Shown here in pieces: positions 1 through 6,161 of a DNA stretch of 12,324 nucleotides. The stretch covers positions 1,158,236 through 1,170,559 of the forward strand of contig CP070695.1 in assembly GCA_020353515.1 (NCBI GenBank), given 5' to 3'. Within the stretch, counting starts at the first letter, position 1. The number at the start of each line of letters is the position of its first letter. The position numbers and the translations under genes are program-made. Below the pieces are notes generated by a model. The model was not told the DNA's origin and ran no database searches. It saw nothing but the letters and a program-made list of their open reading frames with translations. This DNA is from Candidatus Heimdallarchaeota archaeon. GTDB taxonomy: Archaea; Asgardarchaeota; Heimdallarchaeia; Hodarchaeales; Hodarchaeaceae.

Positions 1-1
1 G

Positions 2-463
2 ATGCTCATCTTACTAAAAAAAAATGTCATGAGAAAGCTTCTAAAGCCAGCGTACAAATTATTTGTTCCCACAGCTGCTAAACAAAAAGTTGTAACACAT
101 TTTAACGAGTTTTATGATGGTTTATCTAGAATGAAATATAACAATTACCTTATTGGCTTCACTTTAACTATCGCTGTTTGGATCATAACATTCTTAGGAG
201 TGTACTTTTTGGCATTATCCTTGCACATTTCAGTTTCCTTGATCTTCATAATCTCTATGGCACCAATAGCCTCATTTCTATCCGTTCTTCCAATATCGGT
301 AGGAGGCTTAGGAACGAGGGAGGCAGTCTATGTATTTTTCCTCTCCTCATTGAGTATAGAGTCAGAATATGCTGTTGCGTTGTCTCTTATGGTTTTTATA
401 TTCTTAAACTTATTTTATGTGCCAATAGGTATAGTAACCTATCTTCTTTCAAAAGAGGAATAG
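2..463 (+). CDS. C-terminal part of a UPF0104 / lysylphosphatidylglycerol-synthase-TM-domain (flippase-like, AglD2-like) membrane protein; probably 5'-truncated by the window edge
   Basis: Several hydrophobic helices and the family-typical motif LPISVGGLGTRE (P-x-x-x-G-G-x-G-x-R-E), followed by AVALSL. The ORF is open at the window start and is about half the usual family length. Confidence 0.8.
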   Translation: MLILLKKNVMRKLLKPAYKLFVPTAAKQKVVTHFNEFYDGLSRMKYNNYLIGFTLTIAVWIITFLGVYFLALSLHISVSLIFIISMAPIASFLSVLPISVGGLGTREAVYVFFLSSLSIESEYAVALSLMVFIFLNLFYVPIGIVTYLLSKEE

Positions 464-529
464 AGAGATTCTTAATCACTTTCCCATCATTATCTATTGG
501 TTAAACCTTCACATTAATTGAGAAAGGAA

Positions 530-1072
530 TCAAATACCGTTTTTCGATCTTGTCCTTTTCTTAACTCCACGAATCACTTTCGCAGGAACTCCACCTACGA
601 TGGTATAGGGCTTTACAGATTTATTTACAAGAGAACAAGCACCAACTATAGCTCCATCACCAATGGTTGTTCCAGGGAGTATTACAGCGTTTGCTCCAAT
701 GAATACATTATTGCCTATTTTAGTTTTTGAAACATTAGAAAGACCCCATCTCCCCTCACGATTATGTGCTAGAATCACAGCTCCATAAGCTATAGTAACA
801 TGATTGCCAATTTCAATAAATTGAGGGGCTGAATGGTCGATGCATGCGCCTCTTGATATATATACATTGTAACCAATTTTTGCTCCCCTCCATCTATGAA
901 AAGTAGTGACTAGGGGATAGGGTGCTATTCTGGCCAATATAATTAAAATATAATTAAAAAAATACCAAAGCATATATTTTTCAGTACCAAATGCACCGGT
1001 GTATCCACGTGCTTTTGCAAAATGTGAAATCTCATCAACAGTCTTGACTTTATTATTGTTTATTTTTTTCAT
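530..1072 (-). CDS. Hexapeptide-repeat (left-handed beta-helix) O- or N-acyltransferase, sugar acetyltransferase-like
   Basis: Repeats GAKIGYNVYI, IEIGNHVTIA, TKIGNNVFIGANAVILPGTTIGDGAIVGACSLV and the terminal VGGVPAKVIR signature. The candidate catalytic His is in ILAH. Confidence 0.92.
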   Translation of the reverse strand: MKKINNNKVKTVDEISHFAKARGYTGAFGTEKYMLWYFFNYILIILARIAPYPLVTTFHRWRGAKIGYNVYISRGACIDHSAPQFIEIGNHVTIAYGAVILAHNREGRWGLSNVSKTKIGNNVFIGANAVILPGTTIGDGAIVGACSLVNKSVKPYTIVGGVPAKVIRGVKKRTRSKNGI

Positions 1073-1172
1073 TATCTCTGTCCATAAATCCTTTTTGCGA
1101 ATAAATAGATTTCCTTGGCCGTATTCTTATTTTCACTTCATTATTTTTGGGGATTTAAACATTGTTCTAATC

Positions 1173-2570
1173 TCATCCCGCTAGTAGATGCTTTCCACCG
1201 GATGCATAGCCTTTAATTTCCTTAGGATTTCTTATAATTCTTTTCAAGGCTTGAGCAAAGAATTTTGGCCTATAATAAAATCTCTTAATTGCTTTTGAAT
1301 ACAACTCCTGTAGCTCTTTGGTAGATAATTTTTCTGTTCTATAAATAGTCGAGCTATGCAAATTCATAGCATCCCACGCATAATTAGATTCTATCAATCC
1401 TTTTTCCAATACTTTTTGGTATAATTCTGTACCTGGGAATGGTGTAGTTATCGAGAAAAAAGCAAAATCGGGGCTGAGTTCGACCGCAAAATCGATAGTT
1501 TGATTTACAGTATTTAGATCGTCACCCGGCAGTCCTATCATAAAATCGCACATAACCTTGATTCCATGCTTTTTTACGATCTTCATTGCTTTTCTGGCCT
1601 GCTCGATCGTTATATTCTTGTTGATATTATCTAATATCCTTTGATTTCCACTCTCAATGCCAAATGAAATTCCAAAGCACCCAGAGCGTTTCATTTTCCT
1701 TACTAAACTATCAGAAATAGTATTTACTCTCGAATAACAAGTCCAGGCTATGTGAATATCCTTTTGGATAAGTATGTCACAAATTCTCTCCATTCTTTTC
1801 TTGTTTATAGTCAAAGTATCATCTAAAAAATCTATATGTTTAGTTCCAAATATCTCTATCAAATGTTCTATCTCTTCTATTATATTATCAGGGCTTCTCA
1901 TTCTAAATTTGCCCCAAAAGTGGGATGACGAGCAAAAAACACACTTGTTTGGGCAGCCCCTCGAGGCAATCATTCTACCGAACTTTCGTCCAGAAACTCC
2001 GACATTGAAGAACGGCCCTGGTTGATATAACTCCATTGGCAGTAAATGATATGCAGGAAAAGGAATTTCATCGATGTTCTGAATCGGCATTCTTTCTTTG
2101 TTTTCAACAATTATTTTGCCATCTCGGAAGGTTATTCCATCAACCTTGCTTAATTCATCCTCATGTTTAATGATCTCTGCCAATGTAATCTCTCCCTCTC
2201 CCCTTACGATAATATCCACAGCGTTGCACTCATTTAAAGTTCTCTTTGCCATAAAGGTCACATGAGGGCCACCGAGCACAATGGTTATACCTGATTCCGC
2301 CTTAATTTTATGGCTGATCTCGTACACCAGGGGTATCGTAGTGGTCACAGAGGTAATTCCCACGAATCTAGCGCGGGATGAAATCGCTCGGTCAGCAGTA
2401 TCTTGAATAGATAACATTTCAGCATTTGCATCCAAAATCTCAACATTTATACCTTCTTTTTCCAATGTAGAGGCAAGATATGCTAGGCCAACAGGTGGTT
2501 GAACAGATATGCTTTTTTTGGATTTGTAGAGTTCTTTGTTATACGGAGGGTTAATCAAGATAATATCCAT
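1173..2570 (-). CDS. Cobalamin (B12)-binding radical SAM protein (class B methyltransferase / BchE-HpnJ-like architecture)
   Basis: N-terminal B12-domain motifs IILINPP, PPVGLAYLAS, GGPHVT and RGEGE; CxxxCxxC motif SRGCPNKCVFC; FLDDT, FGIESG, FMIGLPG and TPFPGT motifs. The ORF track starts at 2630, but MDIILINPP (ATG at 2570) or MGIK (ATG at 2582) fits the family start better. Confidence 0.93.
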   Translation of the reverse strand: MDIILINPPYNKELYKSKKSISVQPPVGLAYLASTLEKEGINVEILDANAEMLSIQDTADRAISSRARFVGITSVTTTIPLVYEISHKIKAESGITIVLGGPHVTFMAKRTLNECNAVDIIVRGEGEITLAEIIKHEDELSKVDGITFRDGKIIVENKERMPIQNIDEIPFPAYHLLPMELYQPGPFFNVGVSGRKFGRMIASRGCPNKCVFCSSSHFWGKFRMRSPDNIIEEIEHLIEIFGTKHIDFLDDTLTINKKRMERICDILIQKDIHIAWTCYSRVNTISDSLVRKMKRSGCFGISFGIESGNQRILDNINKNITIEQARKAMKIVKKHGIKVMCDFMIGLPGDDLNTVNQTIDFAVELSPDFAFFSITTPFPGTELYQKVLEKGLIESNYAWDAMNLHSSTIYRTEKLSTKELQELYSKAIKRFYYRPKFFAQALKRIIRNPKEIKGYASGGKHLLAG

Positions 2571-2717
2571 TTTAATGCCCATCCATTGATAAATGTGGTG
2601 AAAATAGATAACGAATAACCTTAAAAACATTTTGATTTTGGTAAGTCAAATAGCTTATGAGAAGTTTATCCTTATCCATGTCCCCATTAAAAAGGAGGCT
2701 GGCATTATCCATACATG

Positions 2718-3743
2718 TTACGGCAGATTTTTTCTAATCATAGGGCCAAAAAGCTTAGTAACCCAAAAAGGCATTTTTTTCCATTTCCGTATAGATTTTT
2801 CATATTTTGGATTTGAAGGGTCTAATTTAGGTATTTCTGATATTCTATTGAGATAGTATATATAAAACAATTGTTTTGGGACCGTAGCCCATTTCATTTT
2901 GAAGTTGTATGTTCCTGAACCTTCCATGCTTCTGCCAAAATCGAAGTATTTATAATCGTTTTCACAACAGTATTTAATTGTCTCCCAATATAAAATGTTG
3001 TTTGGGCTCATGTTTAGATAACGTTTATCTGAAGCCGCCCATCCAGAGATCACGGTCTCTTTAAACGAAAGTAATATCATGCTGGCAATTATTTTATTCT
3101 CGTGATGCACTGTTGCCATTTGGACTTTGTCTGGGAACTCACCCAGTAAATTTTTAAAAAAGGCATACTTATGCACAGGCGTACCTACTTCCCACATGTT
3201 CAATGCATAAAGGTGATAAAAATCTTCTAGATACCTCCTATCTATTGTAACAGACAAACCAGATTTAATAGCCTTTCTTGTGCTATTCCTCACCTTTTTA
3301 TCTAGCTTCTTCCAGACCACATCAGGATTCTCATCCAGCTCCACCTCCATCGTAAAAAAATATTTATGTTGAGGCAAATCTATATCAGGTAGGTAAGGAA
3401 ATCTCAATTCTAAATAATCTAATTTCTTTTCTTCTGTAAGTTTCTTTGCTTTTAGAAGAAGCGACTCTTTTGCATTTTTATCGGCTGTATAAATGCCCCC
3501 AAAAGGTCCAAACGGTATTGATATCAATCTTTTTCCAAAAAATACACTTTTCATTATAAAAAGGGGTAAAACTCCTTTAACAACTGCCTTATCGTAGGCA
3601 ACTAGATAGAATGGCTTAAGTCTATAGGTTTTTTGAACAACGTTTCTCCAACCGATTTGACAAAAGAAATTTGATGACTTCAAAGCTAGTATGTAATTAC
3701 CCCACAAATCCTCCTCATTTCTTTCAAGGGTTCGTACTTCCAA
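2718..3743 (-). CDS. FemAB-related GNAT-fold (amino)acyltransferase, resembling the PEP-CTERM/XrtA-locus FemAB family
   Basis: Motifs GVLPL..KS.FFG..L.S.PF, YLELR, W....K.VRN..RKA.K.GL, F..LYA.NM...GTP, SPNNILYW, FDFGRS..GSGTYNFK.KW and LDPSNPKY. The likely start is TTG at 3743, 5 nt downstream of a GAGGTGA RBS; the ORF track extends it to 3767. Confidence 0.88.
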   Translation of the reverse strand: MEVRTLERNEEDLWGNYILALKSSNFFCQIGWRNVVQKTYRLKPFYLVAYDKAVVKGVLPLFIMKSVFFGKRLISIPFGPFGGIYTADKNAKESLLLKAKKLTEEKKLDYLELRFPYLPDIDLPQHKYFFTMEVELDENPDVVWKKLDKKVRNSTRKAIKSGLSVTIDRRYLEDFYHLYALNMWEVGTPVHKYAFFKNLLGEFPDKVQMATVHHENKIIASMILLSFKETVISGWAASDKRYLNMSPNNILYWETIKYCCENDYKYFDFGRSMEGSGTYNFKMKWATVPKQLFYIYYLNRISEIPKLDPSNPKYEKSIRKWKKMPFWVTKLFGPMIRKNLP

Positions 3744-3748
3744 TAAGG

Positions 3749-3755
3749 TCACCTC
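3749..3755 (-). promoter_or_regulatory. Ribosome-binding site GAGGTGA for the FemAB-like gene, overlapping the deacetylase stop codon
   Basis: The minus strand reads ATGAGGTGA-CCTTA-TTG. The TGA is the stop codon of the upstream deacetylase. Confidence 0.65.
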
Positions 3756-4645
3756 ATCTTCTCCCAAATGTCTCTACATGTGCCTAACTCACCATCAATG
3801 TTTTTAAGAATGAATCTAATGCGTTTTTCCACTGTTTTGCCTTTTATTGCCCAGTAAAAAGGTCTTTTAGCGGAAAATTTACCAGGAAATTTTTCATCTG
3901 AAAGGTCTATTGGATGAAAATAGAACACAGCATCACCCCTTTTAAGGCTTTGATACAATCCTAGCTTGATGTACCTTGCACCTCCAAACCTGAGGAATGG
4001 TCCACCTCCTGTGGGGAACTTAATTCCAGCTATTTTAAAATAGGGCCAAGGTATCTCAATGATATCTCTTTCTTCTCCTGGCCTCAATCCTCCTTTAACA
4101 GGATAATATGGTACAGAAGTAACATTTTTGAGCTTTTCATCACATTTGTTGTACAAGGAGTTCACTGAAACTGACGAGTCATACTTAAATCCAAGTTTTT
4201 CTATGGAGTCAACCATCCAACCAGCAATATAGGCGCTAGGTGCCCTAAAACCAATAATCCTCTCTTTGCTCATCAGCTCTAACTTCTTTTTTGCCACCGT
4301 AATTTGCCTCTCAAAATTATCTACCCCCCTGATTGCTTTCTTTGTTTTTGGGTCGATTGCACACTCGTGATGAAGCCCATGACAACCTATTTCGTGACCT
4401 CCATCTACGATCTTTTCAACCATCCCAGGGTAGTTATCTACAATATCTGCAACTATAAAGAAAGTAGCTTGAATTTTAAAATCATCTAGTAACTTAAGAA
4501 CTCTTTCGCAAGGCTTGCTCAGATAGTCATATCTATCATCCCATTTTTTAAAGAAGTCGTTAACATCCCTGTATGTTGAGTATGGTGATCCTGTTACATA
4601 AGGTAAATGATACCAATCCTCGATGTCCACAGATAATGCAAGCAT
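3749..4645 (-). CDS. Polysaccharide deacetylase (CE4/NodB fold) with DUF3473-type C-terminus, resembling the PEP-CTERM-locus subfamily
   Basis: CE4 motifs LSVDIEDWYH, ATFF, GHEIGCHGLHH, GFRAP, YDSS, P.GGG..LR and FYFHP.D. Confidence 0.92.
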   Translation of the reverse strand: MLALSVDIEDWYHLPYVTGSPYSTYRDVNDFFKKWDDRYDYLSKPCERVLKLLDDFKIQATFFIVADIVDNYPGMVEKIVDGGHEIGCHGLHHECAIDPKTKKAIRGVDNFERQITVAKKKLELMSKERIIGFRAPSAYIAGWMVDSIEKLGFKYDSSVSVNSLYNKCDEKLKNVTSVPYYPVKGGLRPGEERDIIEIPWPYFKIAGIKFPTGGGPFLRFGGARYIKLGLYQSLKRGDAVFYFHPIDLSDEKFPGKFSAKRPFYWAIKGKTVEKRIRFILKNIDGELGTCRDIWEKMR

Positions 4646-4675
4646 GTATGATCAACACTCTTTACTGATCTGTTC

Positions 4676-5920
4676 TCATCTCCTGCTAAGTTCCATCTCA
4701 AATAACATGGCGAAAAATATTGATTGAACACCCATTACGATTAACAATAAGGTTAAAAGCATGGAACCTACAGAAACATAACCTAGAGATATTCTTGAGT
4801 ATACGACATCTATCCCTGAAATCAAACCGCATAATGAGAGGACAATTCCTGCACCATAAAGCAAGGCAAGTGGATGGAAACTGCTGTTCCAATGCTTCGA
4901 GCGCAATCTTCTGAATAAACCAACGATTGTGGGGTGAAAAGATTTTGTTGCTTTGGACATTTCTCCTGTTTTTCTTTCGGTCCCGTACCTTGTAGAAAGC
5001 ATATCAAACAACAATCCAAAGAGTAGAAATTGAAGTCCTGTTACCAGCATTAAGGAGGTAAAGATCATTGTGCCATCTGAGACACTTATCCCACTAAATC
5101 TATAGTATAGGGTTACAATACCCTCGATTAATCCTAATATAAACAGAACCAGGCCTATAAGAAAGAATAGAATTAATGGATGGAATTTCAAACCTCCGTA
5201 TTTCTTCCTTATTCTGTAAAAGAAGCATTTAGTGAGCAGCCAAGACATTTTAAATGTATAACTTCTTATTTTTATGCCGGACTTTTCTTTTCCATAAAGA
5301 GGAGGCATCGTCACATCCAATACACGAAAATTGTAGATGTTCAATTTAACCAAAATATCGTTGCAATAACCGTATCGTTTATGAATTTTATCCAGGTAAA
5401 TTGTCTCTAGAACCTTTCTTGAAGCCGCTGTATAGCCGTTTTGGGGGTCAATTACATCCCAATAACCTGATGCGATTTTTGTTAGCAATGTAAGTATTGC
5501 GTTACCCCGTCTTCTTGCCTTCGGCATCCTCCCGATTTTTTTTGAAAACAACCTATTGCCTTTGGCATAATCAGCCTTATCCTCCACAATGGGATCTAAA
5601 AGAAGTGGCATGTGGCTCGGATCCATCTGGGCATCCCCCGCCATAATAACACATATATCAGCATTTTCCTTCAGTGCAATTTTGTAACCTGTTGCAATAG
5701 CTCCGCCAACACCTTGATTCCTTCGATGCCTCACAACTACTAACTTATCTCCGAATTTACTTTTGAAAGAATATGCAACTCCACCGGTCCTATCCACACT
5801 AGCATCGTCTACCACGATAATTTTATCCACGAAGGAGGGAACTTTTGAGATAGTTTTCCCAATAAGCTTCTCCTCGTTATATGCCGGGATGACTACTGCT
5901 ATTGTATGGTCTCGATACAT
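4676..5920 (-). CDS. Family 2 glycosyltransferase (DPM1/ArnC-like polyprenyl-phosphate glycosyltransferase) with a duplicated C-terminal two-helix membrane domain
   Basis: Motifs VVIPAYNEE, IIVVDDASVD, NQGVGGA, MAGDAQMDP, KGNR and DPQNGYTA, plus four C-terminal hydrophobic helices. The likely start is ATG at 5920 (MYRDHT), preceded by GGTGA; the ORF track starts at 5947. Confidence 0.93.
   Translation of the reverse strand: MYRDHTIAVVIPAYNEEKLIGKTISKVPSFVDKIIVVDDASVDRTGGVAYSFKSKFGDKLVVVRHRRNQGVGGAIATGYKIALKENADICVIMAGDAQMDPSHMPLLLDPIVEDKADYAKGNRLFSKKIGRMPKARRRGNAILTLLTKIASGYWDVIDPQNGYTAASRKVLETIYLDKIHKRYGYCNDILVKLNIYNFRVLDVTMPPLYGKEKSGIKIRSYTFKMSWLLTKCFFYRIRKKYGGLKFHPLILFFLIGLVLFILGLIEGIVTLYYRFSGISVSDGTMIFTSLMLVTGLQFLLFGLLFDMLSTRYGTERKTGEMSKATKSFHPTIVGLFRRLRSKHWNSSFHPLALLYGAGIVLSLCGLISGIDVVYSRISLGYVSVGSMLLTLLLIVMGVQSIFFAMLFEMELSRR
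4694..5221 (-). repeat. Protein-level internal tandem duplication (two units of about 74 aa) in the GT2 C-terminus
   Basis: Unit 1 (aa 243-316 of the track ORF) FYRIRKKY..LKFHPLIL...G..L..LGLIEGI..LYYR.S..SVS.G.M....L.L..G.Q...F..LFDM aligns with unit 2 (aa 345-418) FRRLRSKH..SSFHPLAL...G..L...GLISGI..VYSR.S...VS.G.M....L.I..G.Q...F..LFEM. Confidence 0.88.
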
Positions 5921-5924
5921 ATCT

Positions 5925-5929
5925 TCACC
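5925..5929 (-). promoter_or_regulatory. Ribosome-binding site GGTGA for the GT2 gene
   Basis: The minus strand reads TATGGTGAAGAT-ATG (ATG at 5920). Confidence 0.6.
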
Positions 5930-5950
5930 ATAATAGAGCAGAAGCATATA

Positions 5951-6031
5951 TTAGGTGATTTAATTAAAACTTATGGTGATAAAATCTTTAATCGATATGG
6001 TGGTTTTCTAATAAAGATGTGGTGATAAAAT
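5951..6031. repeat. Phased GGTG(AT) direct repeats in the divergent GT2/GT-C intergenic region
   Basis: GGTG cores at 5954, 5975, 5999 and 6021 (spacings 21, 24, 22). The 12-mer TGGTGATAAAAT occurs exactly at 5974-5985 and 6020-6031. Confidence 0.5.
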
Positions 6032-6119
6032 GGAATAAGTTAGTTTTAAAACTCTATTTACATCGGAGATTTCTTTAATATAATGAGATTTTTCCAATGC
6101 AGTATCATACACCTAAATA

Positions 6120-6129
6120 TTTATAAATA
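6120..6129 (+). promoter_or_regulatory. Archaeal-type TATA box for the GT-C gene
   Basis: TTTATAAATA ends 32 nt before ATG 6162. The same 10-mer, also preceded by CCTAA, lies upstream of the GT4 gene. Confidence 0.6.
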
Positions 6130-6161
6130 CTTAATGTGTTGGTTTTCAACGTGATGTAGTT

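Noticed and set aside
16-24. A9 homopolymer (and T8 runs at 6823-6830 and 7494-7501) as phase-variation tracts
   Set aside because: Reading frames are intact, and runs this long are expected in AT-rich DNA. Read-level length variation would be needed to support it.
530-1072. Acyltransferase as WbpD completing a WbpA-B-E-D diacetamido-uronate pathway
   Set aside because: No WbpB oxidase or WbpE aminotransferase is in the window, and the protein looks like a generic sugar acetyltransferase. It cannot be assigned.
2571-2630. Extended N-terminus of the radical SAM ORF (MFLRLFVIYFHHIYQW...)
   Set aside because: It does not resemble the family start and overlaps a plausible promoter (TTTTTAA on the minus strand near 2621-2627). 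Starts at 2570 or 2582 are preferred.
178-2856. Short alternative ORFs 178-504, 518-730, 999-1184, 1774-2025 and 2632-2856
   Set aside because: They overlap or lie antisense to well-supported genes and have no recognisable motifs; they are shadow ORFs.
2718-3743. FemAB-like gene as evidence of peptidoglycan cross-bridge synthesis
   Set aside because: No mur genes are present, and the motifs and neighbours match the polysaccharide-locus FemAB-related family instead.
5951-6031. Phased repeats as a CRISPR array or iteron origin
   Set aside because: The units are too short and degenerate, there are no spacer-sized intervals, and no cas or rep gene is in the window.
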